Assembly: GCF_947498345.1 (NCBI RefSeq)
Contig: NZ_CANMJY010000005.1
Span: 225,168-289,167 of the forward strand
DNA: 64,000 nucleotides
Direction: 5' to 3'
Origin: an uncultured Winogradskyella sp.
GTDB taxonomy: Bacteria > Bacteroidota > Bacteroidia > Flavobacteriales > Flavobacteriaceae
Shown: one piece after another, positions 27,574 to 37,191 of the stretch
How the letters are laid out: every line of letters starts with the position of its first letter
Numbering within the stretch: position 1 is the stretch's first letter
Notes under the pieces: model-generated
What the model saw: only the letters and a program-made list of their open reading frames with translations
What the model was told of the DNA's origin: nothing
Database searches by the model: none
Position numbers and translations under genes: made by a program

Positions 27574-30471
27574 AGCTTCTTTTAAAATGGTAATTGGATG
27601 CTTGGCTATTTTACCAGTACCATCTTTAATTTGATGTCTACAACTTGTACCATTAGCAGCAATGATAGTATCCTCAGAAGCTTTTCTTACAGCAGGAAAT
27701 AAGGTCTGCTCACCTATTTGCATACTTATATCATAATGCGCCTTTTCGTAACCAAAACTTCCTGCCATACCACAGCAACCACTAGGAATAATAGACACTT
27801 TATAATTTTTTGGGAGATTTAACACATCAAAGCTCGATTTCTGATTTGCCAATGCTTTTTGGTGACAATGCCCATGGAATTTTATGGTTTTAGTGTCATT
27901 AGTAAACTGTTCTGAACCAATATTACCTAACTTTATTTCTTGCTGAATAAATTCTTCAATTAAATAGGTATGCTTTGCAATTGATTTTACAGCAACCTTA
28001 TCATCTGCCAATTTTAGGTATTCATCCTTAAAAGTTAATATAGCAGAAGGTTCTATTCCTACTAAACAAAAGTCTTCATTTATAACATCCTTAAAGTAGT
28101 CAATATTTTTATTAGCAATGACTTTTGCTTCTTCTAAAAACCCTTTTGACAAAAAACTTCTTCCGCTTTCTAAATGACTAATAAATAATACTTTATAATT
28201 TAAAGACTCAAGTAAAACTTCAGTATCAATTGCTATATTAGACTCAAGGTAATTTGTAAATTCATCTATAAACAAATACACTGTTTTTATAGGATTTGAT
28301 ACATCAGATTTTTTTTCAATAAAACTAGCTGGCTTAGTTATTTTTGGAAAGCTTCGCTTAGGATGTATACCTAAAATAATCTTCATAAAACCAGACAAAA
28401 ATTTAGTTTGAAATAAAGCATTATAAAAACCTGGAGCGCGAGAGGCTCTTTTATTGTACTTCGTAGAATTGGCAAAGAATTTATCTTTAAACTTAAAACC
28501 ATTAGCTTTTTGGTATTGGTACTGAAACTCTGCTTTTAGACTTGCCACATCTACACTACTTGGGCATTCACTAGCACAAGCTTTACAGCTTAGACATAAA
28601 TCAAAAACATCTTTAAGCTCCTGATGATCAAACCGGTTTACTTTTTCTGAATTGGTTAAAAACTCACGTAAAGCATTAGCTCTAGCTCTGGTTGTATCCT
28701 TTTCATTACGTGTTGCTCTATAGCTAGGGCACATCGTACCACCAAATTCTGGCAATTTTCTGCAATCACCAGAGCCATTACATTTTTCTGCTTCCCTAAG
28801 TATACCTTGTGAGTTTGAGAAGTCTAGAATTGTTTCTATATAAGGTTCTTCTCTATCAGTTTTATAACGCAAATTCTTATCCATTGGTAAAGCATCTACA
28901 ATTTTACCTGGATTAAATATGTTATTTATATCAAACGCTGATTTAATGTGTTTTAGAATTTGATAATTACTCTCACCAATCATTAAAGGAATAAACTCTG
29001 CTCTAACAATTCCATCACCATGTTCACCAGACATAGAACCTTGGTATTTCTTTACCAATTTTGCAACATCTATAGTGATACTTCTAAATAGCTCTACATC
29101 ATTAACATCCTTAAGATTAAGGATAGGTCTTAAATGCAATTCACCTGCACCTGCATGTGCGTAGTATACAGCGTTTTGATTATAAGATTGCATCAACTCC
29201 GTAAACTCTGCTATATAATTATCTAAATCACCTAAGGCTACAGCAGTATCCTCAATACAAGCTACAGCTTTTTTATCTCCAACCATATTACCTAATAACC
29301 CTAATCCGGCTTTACGTAATTCTATAGCTTTATTAATTTCATCGCCTTGTAATACAGGGTCTGCATAACTAATATTAAGTGTATTAACTGTATTTAAAAA
29401 GTTATCTACCTCTATCTTAAGTGCTTCTTGAGTATCAGCTTTTAACTCGCACATTAAAATTGCAACAGGGTTTCCTTCAATAAAAGTTCTGTTTTCTTGC
29501 TGTGTCTTATTATGTCTGGTAAGATTTAAGATGGTATCATCCATCATTTCGCAAGTATAGAGATTATGCTGCATCAAAGGTTGTAAAGCTTTCATACAGT
29601 TTTCAATACTCTCAAAATGCAACGCAACCATAGCATTTTTAGAAGGTGGCAACTCCTCTAATTGCAAAGTTATTTCTGTAGTAAATGCTAAGGTGCCTTC
29701 ACTTCCTGTAAGCAATCGACACATATTAAAACCTAGATTAGAATCAGAAAACACCTCAGAATTTAACAGTTCATCTATTGCATATCCTGTATTTCTGCGA
29801 TGAATCTCAGGCTTCGGAAAGTTAGCTCTTATTTGCTTTTGAACTGTTTCAGGTTTTAGTGCTTCAAAAATTGTTCGGTATATATTACCCTCAAGGGTAT
29901 CTGGTTTTAATTTCTTTTTAAATTCATCTTTAGTTAAGCTAGTAAACTCAACTTCACTTCCATCACTTAGAAGTGTTTTTAAACTAATTACTTTATCTCT
30001 CGTTACACCATACCGGATCGAGGTCGTTCCTGAAGAATTATTACCAACCATACCACCGATCATACAACGATTAGATGTTGATGTATTTGGCCCAAAAAAC
30101 AAACCAAAAGGTTTTAGATAATTGTTGAGTTCATCACGTACCACACCTGGTTGCACGGTAACGGTTTTTTTAACTTCATCAATACTTAAAACCTTAGTGA
30201 AATGTTTTGAAACATCGACCACTATTCCTTTTCCAACAACCTGCCCCGCCAGAGATGTGCCTGCTGTTCTGGGAATTAATGAGGTATCATTTTTATTAGC
30301 AAAATCAATTAATAACCTTATATCATTAATATGCTTAGGAAAAGCTACTGCCATAGGAATTATTCTATATACGGAAGCATCAGTAGCATAGAGCTTAAGC
30401 ATTAAGTCATCAAAATAAAACTCACCCTCAAGTTTAGATCTTAAAAGTTTTAATGCTGTGGTTTTACTCAT
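27565..30471 (-). CDS. FAD-linked, Fe-S-binding oxidoreductase (GlcD/GlcF fusion, D-lactate dehydrogenase-like)
   Basis: AGTSLAGQ, GEHGDG, CNGSGDC...MCPSY, CLSCKACASECP, HGHCHQ, CCGMAGSFG. Confidence 0.92.
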   Translation of the reverse strand: MSKTTALKLLRSKLEGEFYFDDLMLKLYATDASVYRIIPMAVAFPKHINDIRLLIDFANKNDTSLIPRTAGTSLAGQVVGKGIVVDVSKHFTKVLSIDEVKKTVTVQPGVVRDELNNYLKPFGLFFGPNTSTSNRCMIGGMVGNNSSGTTSIRYGVTRDKVISLKTLLSDGSEVEFTSLTKDEFKKKLKPDTLEGNIYRTIFEALKPETVQKQIRANFPKPEIHRRNTGYAIDELLNSEVFSDSNLGFNMCRLLTGSEGTLAFTTEITLQLEELPPSKNAMVALHFESIENCMKALQPLMQHNLYTCEMMDDTILNLTRHNKTQQENRTFIEGNPVAILMCELKADTQEALKIEVDNFLNTVNTLNISYADPVLQGDEINKAIELRKAGLGLLGNMVGDKKAVACIEDTAVALGDLDNYIAEFTELMQSYNQNAVYYAHAGAGELHLRPILNLKDVNDVELFRSITIDVAKLVKKYQGSMSGEHGDGIVRAEFIPLMIGESNYQILKHIKSAFDINNIFNPGKIVDALPMDKNLRYKTDREEPYIETILDFSNSQGILREAEKCNGSGDCRKLPEFGGTMCPSYRATRNEKDTTRARANALREFLTNSEKVNRFDHQELKDVFDLCLSCKACASECPSSVDVASLKAEFQYQYQKANGFKFKDKFFANSTKYNKRASRAPGFYNALFQTKFLSGFMKIILGIHPKRSFPKITKPASFIEKKSDVSNPIKTVYLFIDEFTNYLESNIAIDTEVLLESLNYKVLFISHLESGRSFLSKGFLEEAKVIANKNIDYFKDVINEDFCLVGIEPSAILTFKDEYLKLADDKVAVKSIAKHTYLIEEFIQQEIKLGNIGSEQFTNDTKTIKFHGHCHQKALANQKSSFDVLNLPKNYKVSIIPSGCCGMAGSFGYEKAHYDISMQIGEQTLFPAVRKASEDTIIAANGTSCRHQIKDGTGKIAKHPITILKEALI

Positions 30472-30577
30472 TTAAGTCAATAATTATGTTTATAAAACTA
30501 TAAAGAATTCTAATATAAAATTGGTTTTGGCGTTATTTTTGTAAAGATTAATGAAATCAATAAAAAACGATATAATT

Positions 30578-31054
30578 ATGAAAAAACTAATTTTAACAAC
30601 ATTTGCAGTTTTTGCAGGATTTGCTTTTATGAATGCACAAGAAATAGCTGATAATGCTATTGGCCTTAGACTTGGTGACAGTGACGGTTTTGGTGCCGAA
30701 ATTTCGTACCAACGTGCACTTGGAGACAACAATAGATTAGAAGTCGATTTGGGTTGGCGAAGTGGAAATAACTATGATGGTTTTAAATTAACTGGTATTT
30801 ACCAATGGGTTTGGGAACTAGACGGTAATTTTAACTGGTATGCTGGTGCTGGTGGAGGTTTTGGGTCTTATAGTTTTGATGACAATGATTTTGACGATGA
30901 AACCTTTTTCTTTGTTGCTGGAGATGTAGGTATTGAATACAATTTTGATATACCACTGATTTTGTCTTTAGATTTTAGACCTGAACTTGGTTTTGGTGAT
31001 TTTAGAGATGATCTGGATTTTGATATAGCTTTGGGTATTCGATATCAATTTTAA
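30578..31054 (+). CDS. Small outer-membrane beta-barrel protein
   Basis: Signal peptide, alternating aromatic strands, terminal YQF; ATG 30578 preferred. Confidence 0.8.
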   Translation: MKKLILTTFAVFAGFAFMNAQEIADNAIGLRLGDSDGFGAEISYQRALGDNNRLEVDLGWRSGNNYDGFKLTGIYQWVWELDGNFNWYAGAGGGFGSYSFDDNDFDDETFFFVAGDVGIEYNFDIPLILSLDFRPELGFGDFRDDLDFDIALGIRYQF

Positions 31055-31071
31055 AAAAATAAAAAATCCTT

Positions 31072-31101
31072 AAAAGCCACCTAAAACTAGGTGGCTTTTT
31101 T
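31072..31101 (+). terminator. Rho-independent terminator
   Basis: aaaagccaccta / taggtggctttt stem with T tail. Confidence 0.8.
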
Positions 31102-31160
31102 ATGGCTATAAGCTATAAATTTGTTTAATTTTGCACATCATAAATCGAAAATCCTATTCC

Positions 31161-32243
31161 ATGAAGAATACAGCATTATCCTCTACTCACGAAGCACTTG
31201 GTGCAAAAATGGTTCCTTTTGCTGGCTATAATATGCCTGTACAATACGAAGGTGTTAATATAGAACACGAAACCGTACGAAAAGCTGTTGGGGTTTTTGA
31301 TGTATCACATATGGGTGAATTTTTAATAGAAGGGCCTAATGCGCTTGCTTTAATTCAGAAAGTATCAAGCAACGATGCTTCTAAATTAGAAATAGGAAAA
31401 GCACAGTACAGTTGTTTACCAAATGATGATGGTGGTATTGTAGACGATTTAATCATATACAAAGTAAAAGATGAAACTTATTTATTAGTTGTTAATGCAA
31501 GTAACATAGAAAAAGATTGGAACTGGATATCTTCTAAGAACGATGTAGGAGCAGAAATGCGTGATTTAAGTGAAGACTATTCGCTATTAGCAATACAAGG
31601 CCCAAAAGCCGTTGAAGCTATGCAATCACTATCTAGCCATGATTTATCAACAATTAAGTTCTATAATTTTGTAGTTGGTGATTTTGCAGGTATAGAGCAT
31701 GTTATTATTTCGGCTACAGGTTATACTGGTAGTGGAGGTTTTGAAATCTATTGTAAAAACTCCGAAGTAAAACAAGTTTGGGATAAGGTATTAGAAGCTG
31801 GAGCAGATTTTGGAATTAAACCAATTGGATTGGCAGCAAGGGACACATTACGTTTAGAAATGGGATACTGTTTGTATGGTAATGATATTGATGATACCAC
31901 ATCACCAATTGAGGCTGGTTTGGGTTGGGTATGCAAGTTCAATAAAGCATTTACCAATAGTGAAGCTTTACAAGCAGAGAAGGAACACACACCAGAACGC
32001 AAATTAGTAGCCTTTAAATTAGACGACAGAGGAATTCCAAGACAGGGTTACGACATCGTAGATAATAGCGGAAAAACCATTGGAAATGTTACCTCTGGCA
32101 CTATGAGTCCTAGTTTAGGAATTGGTATTGGTCTGGGATATGTACCTAAAGTGTTTTCTAAAGTAGATAGTAAAATTAATATTCAAGTTAGAAAAAAAGC
32201 GATACCAGCAACCGTTGTAAAGTTACCTTTCTATAAAGGGTAA
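31161..32243 (+). CDS. gcvT: Glycine cleavage system aminomethyltransferase T
   Basis: [47 protein letters not shown] at 31126-31133 supports ATG 31161. Confidence 0.97.
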   Translation: MKNTALSSTHEALGAKMVPFAGYNMPVQYEGVNIEHETVRKAVGVFDVSHMGEFLIEGPNALALIQKVSSNDASKLEIGKAQYSCLPNDDGGIVDDLIIYKVKDETYLLVVNASNIEKDWNWISSKNDVGAEMRDLSEDYSLLAIQGPKAVEAMQSLSSHDLSTIKFYNFVVGDFAGIEHVIISATGYTGSGGFEIYCKNSEVKQVWDKVLEAGADFGIKPIGLAARDTLRLEMGYCLYGNDIDDTTSPIEAGLGWVCKFNKAFTNSEALQAEKEHTPERKLVAFKLDDRGIPRQGYDIVDNSGKTIGNVTSGTMSPSLGIGIGLGYVPKVFSKVDSKINIQVRKKAIPATVVKLPFYKG

Positions 32244-32266
32244 AATATAAAAGGGCAGATTGATTA

Positions 32267-33097
32267 ATGAAGAAGGAGCTACACAAACATCGTATACTTA
32301 TTATTGGAGCCAGCGGTTACATTGGCAATGCCATTTATAAAGAATTAGGACCCTATTTTAGAACTTACGGCACCTACCGCACACCTAAAAAAGAATTTGA
32401 AACTAACCAACAGTTTTTTCAATATAATGTAGAAGAAGATGATGTATATGAAATACTCCAAGTTTGCAAACCCTCCATCATTATCTCTGCGTTACGAGGA
32501 GATTTTAATGCACAAACTATAGCACATCAGCACATTGCAGAATATGCTTTAGAGTTTGGTTCAAAAATTATATTCCTATCCTCTGCTAATGCCTTTGATG
32601 CTTATAGCAAATACCCAAGCTATGAGCTAGACAAAACCCTAAGCCATAGCATCTATGGTCATTTTAAGATTAAGATAGAAAACATGCTTTTGCGTTTACC
32701 AAAAAAACAAGTTACTATTTTAAGATTACCAATGGTCTTTGGCGCAAACTGCCCAAGGATTCAGGAAATGAAACAATTGATTTTAGACCAGCAATCCGTT
32801 GAGATTTTCCCTAATCTCATCATGAATGTGACACTAGATAAAAAAGTAACGCAACAGGTACATTACATTATCAATCGCAATAAACACGGCATCTTCCACC
32901 TTGGAAGTACAGATTTGGTGCACCACGATGAATTTGTAAAAGACATTCTTACAATTATTACAACAAAAAAGGTAAAATTAAAACATGTGTTTACAACTAA
33001 TGACGATCGTTATTTAGCCGTATTACCAAAGTACAATAAACTACCTAAACATCTTCAAATCACAAGTCGTAAAGTTTTAGAAGAACTTGAGAAGTAA
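32267..33097 (+). CDS. RmlD-like sugar-nucleotide-binding SDR protein
   Basis: IIGASGYIG, FLSSANAFD, YGHFK, ILRLPMVFG. Confidence 0.8.
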   Translation: MKKELHKHRILIIGASGYIGNAIYKELGPYFRTYGTYRTPKKEFETNQQFFQYNVEEDDVYEILQVCKPSIIISALRGDFNAQTIAHQHIAEYALEFGSKIIFLSSANAFDAYSKYPSYELDKTLSHSIYGHFKIKIENMLLRLPKKQVTILRLPMVFGANCPRIQEMKQLILDQQSVEIFPNLIMNVTLDKKVTQQVHYIINRNKHGIFHLGSTDLVHHDEFVKDILTIITTKKVKLKHVFTTNDDRYLAVLPKYNKLPKHLQITSRKVLEELEK

Positions 33098-33210
33098 TTT
33101 CCCTTAATAGTTAAAGAGATGATGGCAATTGAGGTCAGTGCTTCAAAATAGACTTTTTACTTGCGCTCTTCTTAGGATTTCTTTAATTTTAAACGTATCA
33201 AAACTATTTT

Positions 33211-33498
33211 ATGAAACTAGACGAATCAACTATAGAGAAAAAATTACTTCATTTTCCTGAATGGGAGTATTACGATGGTGCCATACATGTAGAAATTGAG
33301 TTCGATAATTTTAAAGACTGCTTCAGTGCTATGAGTCGAATAGCATTTGAGTGTGAGGCACAAAACCATCACCCTAACTGGAGCAATGTTTATAATGTTT
33401 TAAAAATTTCATTATCTACACACGATGCTGGTGGTGTCACAAACAAAGATTTTAAATTAGCAGAAGCTATAGAAGCTATTGTTGAAGCTGATGAATAG
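33211..33498 (+). CDS. phhB: Pterin-4-alpha-carbinolamine dehydratase
   Basis: NHHPNWSNVY, LSTHDAGGVT. Confidence 0.9.
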   Translation: MKLDESTIEKKLLHFPEWEYYDGAIHVEIEFDNFKDCFSAMSRIAFECEAQNHHPNWSNVYNVLKISLSTHDAGGVTNKDFKLAEAIEAIVEADE

Positions 33499-33553
33499 AC
33501 TTTTATAAAAACACTTATTTAATTACATTTACCCAAATTAAATTACAATCACT

Positions 33554-34300
33554 ATGGGAAGAGCTTTTGAGTTTAGAAAAGCAAGAAAAATGAAACGCTG
33601 GTCAGCAATGAGTAAGGCCTTTACACGTATAGGTAAAGATATTGTAATGGCTGTAAAAGAAGGTGGCCCAGATCCAGATAGTAACTCACGTCTAAGAGCA
33701 GTAATACAGAATGCCAAATCTGTAAACATGCCAAAAGACAATATAGAACGTGCTATAAAGCGCGCCAGTGATAAAAATCAAGGCGATTATAAAGAAGTGA
33801 TCTTTGAAGGCTATGCACAGCATGGTATAGCCGTACTTATTGAGACTGCTACTGATAATAATACACGTACGGTTGCCAATGTGCGCTCATACTTTAACAA
33901 AACTGATGGAAGTTTAGGCACCTCTGGTTCTGTAGTTTTTATGTTTGACCATACGTGTAATTTTAAGATACAAGGAGGTGATTTAGATTTGGAAGAATTA
34001 GAGCTAGAACTCATTGATTTTGGTGTAGAAGAAATCTTTGAAGATACAGACGAAAACGAAGCTGGTGAAACGATTACAAGCGTAATGATATATGCGCCAT
34101 TTGAAAGTTTTGGAAGCATCCAAAAGTATTTAGAAGATAATACTATTGAAATTATATCCTCTGGTTTTGAACGTATTCCGCAAGTAACTAAGAAGTTGTC
34201 ACCAGAACAGATGGAAGATGTAGAAAAGCTTATAGAAAAACTAGAAGAAGATGATGATGTACAGAATGTGTATCACACTATGGAAGAAGTAACCGAATAG
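33554..34300 (+). CDS. YebC/PmpR family protein
   Basis: GGPDPDSNSRLR, NMPKDNIERAI, TDNNTRT, DDDVQNVYH. Confidence 0.96.
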   Translation: MGRAFEFRKARKMKRWSAMSKAFTRIGKDIVMAVKEGGPDPDSNSRLRAVIQNAKSVNMPKDNIERAIKRASDKNQGDYKEVIFEGYAQHGIAVLIETATDNNTRTVANVRSYFNKTDGSLGTSGSVVFMFDHTCNFKIQGGDLDLEELELELIDFGVEEIFEDTDENEAGETITSVMIYAPFESFGSIQKYLEDNTIEIISSGFERIPQVTKKLSPEQMEDVEKLIEKLEEDDDVQNVYHTMEEVTE

Positions 34301-34321
34301 CTATTATATAATCATTTATTT

Positions 34322-34347
34322 AAAGAGGGCTTCTACCCTCTTTTTTT
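34322..34347 (+). terminator. Rho-independent terminator
   Basis: aaagaggg / ccctcttt stem with T tail. Confidence 0.75.
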
Positions 34348-34362
34348 ATTAACAAACAGAAA

Positions 34363-34869
34363 ATGAAGTCTACAATAGTCTCTATATTATTAGTATTTAC
34401 AACAATAGGCTTTAGTCAAGATAAATTTGATTTTAATGAAAAAGGCCTGGCGCCAGAATATATAATAGCTGCGATTGATAGTATACCAAAAAATACCTTA
34501 TATAAAAAAACACTCAAGTGGATTAAAAGCACGTCTAATAATCTAGAAATCCAAAATAAAACTAACACTATACAATTTACAGGTATTAAAGACAATGCAG
34601 TGCATGAAGGCAAACGTTATTTTCATATCAAATACACCATAAAAATTAGCTTCGAGGAAGGATTATACAAGTTTAAACCTTTAAAAGTGCAACTAAAAGC
34701 CAATAGTAAATACGATATGGGCTGGAAAGCATTTGATCTTAAAAAAGGGGACATATTCTTTAAAAAAGGAAAAGTGATAAAAAAGTTTAAATCCTATGTC
34801 AGTGATATCCCTAAAATATTAAATGACTTAAACGCCAATCTTTATAACTATTTAATAACCGAAGATTAA
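34363..34869 (+). CDS. Secreted hypothetical protein (DUF4468-like)
   Basis: Signal peptide; LYKKTLKWI...IKYTIKISFEEGLYKF; stop overlaps the integrase stop (TTAA 34866-34869). Confidence 0.6.
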   Translation: MKSTIVSILLVFTTIGFSQDKFDFNEKGLAPEYIIAAIDSIPKNTLYKKTLKWIKSTSNNLEIQNKTNTIQFTGIKDNAVHEGKRYFHIKYTIKISFEEGLYKFKPLKVQLKANSKYDMGWKAFDLKKGDIFFKKGKVIKKFKSYVSDIPKILNDLNANLYNYLITED

Positions 34870-35699
34870 AGTAAGTCCAAAGGGCTTTTTATATTTTCTA
34901 TAAATGCAGAAGACACACGCGTATAAATTTGAGTGGTCTTTATGTCTTTATGACCAAGCAATTTTTGGATAATCCTAATATCTGTTCCATTTTCTAATAA
35001 ATGTGTTGCAAAGCTATGCCTCAGTGTATGAGCTGTTATATTTTTTTTCACACTGACTCTTTTGGTTGCCTGTTTAATGACTTTCTGCAAACTACTTTGT
35101 GTATATTTCCCACCTTTATGTCCTTCAAATAAATACATCTTAGGTTTATATGCTTTAAAGTATTTTCGTAATTGTAGTTTTAGTTTATTAGAAAGCATAA
35201 CAATTCTATCTTTTTTCCCTTTGGAGTTTCTTATGATTACAATATTTCTAGAGCCATCAATATCAGATATTTGTAGATTTAAAAGCTCAGAACTTCGCAG
35301 TCCTAAGCCATAAAGACAAGCCATCATAGCTCTATGCTTTATATTGTCCGTCCTATTTAACAATAATTTCATTTCGCTTAATGATAAAACTATAGGTAAG
35401 TTATCAGGCATTTTTTTTACTGAAATGGCCTTAAATCTTATCGTTCTATCATACATCTCTTGGTAGAAGAGATTGAGAGCACTTAAACATTGCCTTTGCG
35501 TACTAAAAGCCATGCTCTTTTTTGTAATTTGCAGATATGCATTATTTAGTAATTCTTTATCGCTTAAATCTGCCCATTTAGAGAATTGAAACAAGTTAGC
35601 AAAGGTTTTTAAATGCGATTGATAATTGTCTATTGTATTTTGGCTATAGCCTTTTATTTCTAATAATTTACAAAACTTGCTAATTTCTTTAGTTATCAT
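34866..35699 (-). CDS. Integron-integrase-like tyrosine recombinase (SAM-like N-terminus) lacking the IntI insertion
   Basis: YSQNTIDNY, GLRSSE, SKGKKDR, HTLRHSFATHLLENG, LLGH, TTQIY, C-terminal SPLD; ATG 35699 preferred over 35747. Confidence 0.9.
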   Translation of the reverse strand: MITKEISKFCKLLEIKGYSQNTIDNYQSHLKTFANLFQFSKWADLSDKELLNNAYLQITKKSMAFSTQRQCLSALNLFYQEMYDRTIRFKAISVKKMPDNLPIVLSLSEMKLLLNRTDNIKHRAMMACLYGLGLRSSELLNLQISDIDGSRNIVIIRNSKGKKDRIVMLSNKLKLQLRKYFKAYKPKMYLFEGHKGGKYTQSSLQKVIKQATKRVSVKKNITAHTLRHSFATHLLENGTDIRIIQKLLGHKDIKTTQIYTRVSSAFIENIKSPLDLL

Positions 35700-35825
35700 A
35701 TATATACTAATTAGACATAAATATAGTAATACTATTTTTATACTCAATTGGTAGTTAGAAAATTAAAAGCTATCATTTTAGTGCGCTATGGTCGTCTAAA
35801 AAGTAACTTTTTTATATTTTGGCTA

Positions 35826-35846
35826 TTATAAACTAGTTGGCTGTAA
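35826..35846 (+). other. attI-like primary recombination site (TATAAACTAG|TTGGCTGTAA)
   Basis: Upstream of the divergent recombinase; GTTGGCTGTA (35836-35845) is the exact reverse complement of the end of unit 1. Confidence 0.7.
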
Positions 35847-35948
35847 TTTAAAAGTCCGTTAACTAAACGAAAATTAGTGTTTACTCATTAGACCTTTTTT
35901 ACATAAACTAACTGAATTAAATTGGTATTGAATTTTAAACGGAGAGAT

Positions 35949-36479
35949 TTGAAAAAAATAATACTTCTGATTTTCTTACTCAATTGCGGAATTGGAATTT
36001 CGCAAACTGAATTTCCATTTTATGAACAGATTGCGTTTGACTTTTATCAATCAACACTAATCGATTCCTTTCCAACTAAAAAGAAAGTAAAAGTTTATCC
36101 ATACGCACTTGATTTTCAACCTGACTATTTTGTTTTCAATAACCCAAGCTGTTTGGGAATAAAATGGAGAAGTAATGAGCAATTTGAGCCTCTAAAAGAT
36201 TATGTCGAATCCCAAATGAACATTGATTCAGATAGATTTGAATTGGACTTTTCTAAACTTGATAAAAAGAAGTTTAAAGTAAAAAAAAGAGGAAAAGGAA
36301 GTTATCCAAGACTGCATATCACAGCACCAAATAAAGAGATTGATGGAACAGAACGAATTTTCGTGAATATTCACGAGACACACGAATATTTATGGATTAG
36401 CTATCATCTTGAATTTAATGAAAATGGAGAAATAATTAATTGGTGCAGGAATTATGCTGAAGTAATAAGAACATATTAA
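35949..36479 (+). CDS. Cassette 1: secreted hypothetical protein
   Basis: TTG start with signal peptide KKIILLIFLLNCGIGISQ; no recognisable family. Confidence 0.75.
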   Translation: MKKIILLIFLLNCGIGISQTEFPFYEQIAFDFYQSTLIDSFPTKKKVKVYPYALDFQPDYFVFNNPSCLGIKWRSNEQFEPLKDYVESQMNIDSDRFELDFSKLDKKKFKVKKRGKGSYPRLHITAPNKEIDGTERIFVNIHETHEYLWISYHLEFNENGEIINWCRNYAEVIRTY

Positions 36480-36486
36480 TAAAAAC

Positions 36487-36626
36487 TACAGCCAACAATG
36501 TGTATAATTCATTGCTAGTTAGAGCCTACTTACGAAAGTCCTCACGGACTTTCTATCTGTGATTTATTTGCTATTTTAGTGCTTAAACACGCAACGAAAT
36601 CATACACTAGACCGTTATCCAACATT
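36487..36626 (+). repeat. attC-like imperfect palindrome 1 (123 bp from AAC to GTT)
   Basis: AAC..GTT ends, gtgtat/atacac, ttc.ttgc/gcaa.gaa, central gaaagtcc-tcac-ggactttc (36534-36553). Confidence 0.85.
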
Positions 36627-36635
36627 CAGAAAACC

Positions 36636-36839
36636 TTGAGAAAACGAAAAATCATTGGAATTCATTTTTTGACTTTTATCATTTTGGTAACTATTCTGTT
36701 TTTCTCGGCGGAGCCTTTATTAAATAGATTCGCTTCTGGAATTCACAATGTTGGAATGTGGCTGAACTTAATAATTTATGGAACAATTGTGATATTGATT
36801 TTGACTATTATTTCGTGTCTGATTTTCCTAAAAAATTAA
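36636..36839 (+). CDS. Cassette 2 gene A: small two-TM membrane protein
   Basis: Hydrophobic ORF; the called start 36579 lies inside the palindrome, so TTG 36636 is preferred. Confidence 0.55.
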   Translation: MRKRKIIGIHFLTFIILVTILFFSAEPLLNRFASGIHNVGMWLNLIIYGTIVILILTIISCLIFLKN

Positions 36840-36843
36840 CTGA

Positions 36844-37191
36844 ATGAAAGAACGACCTATTTTGATTTCAGCAATAATCCTGACCCTCATAATTGAATTA
36901 ATTTTAATTATATTGGTTTATAACAAAATTGGAACTGAAAGACTTCCATCTCAAATTGGAAGACTGACTATTCAACTGATTTTAATATTTTGGGTTTTAA
37001 ACAGTAAATCCCATATTGGTTTATTTTTATTAGCTGCCTACCATATTGTTTCTGGAATATTTGGAATGAATTCCAGTGGCTCGGCTGAATTACTTGGACA
37101 ATTATTAATTGGATTTCACATTGTAATCGGATTAGTAATTTATTTTCACTATTGGATTGAGGACAGAATCGGAATCAAAAATGTTGGCTAA
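36844..37191 (+). CDS. Cassette 2 gene B: four-TM hypothetical membrane protein
   Basis: 115-aa hydrophobic ORF whose TAA stop overlaps the GCTAAC inverse-core site. Confidence 0.75.
   Translation: MKERPILISAIILTLIIELILIILVYNKIGTERLPSQIGRLTIQLILIFWVLNSKSHIGLFLLAAYHIVSGIFGMNSSGSAELLGQLLIGFHIVIGLVIYFHYWIEDRIGIKNVG

Noticed and set aside
34866-35699. Calling the recombinase xerC/xerD or intI
   Set aside because: Lacks the IntI insertion, and its context is not that of a chromosomal Xer gene; no symbol assigned.
35723-35735. Palindrome ATAGTA-A-TACTAT upstream of the recombinase ATG as an SOS or other operator
   Set aside because: Short and AT-rich; no similar site seen upstream of uvrA.
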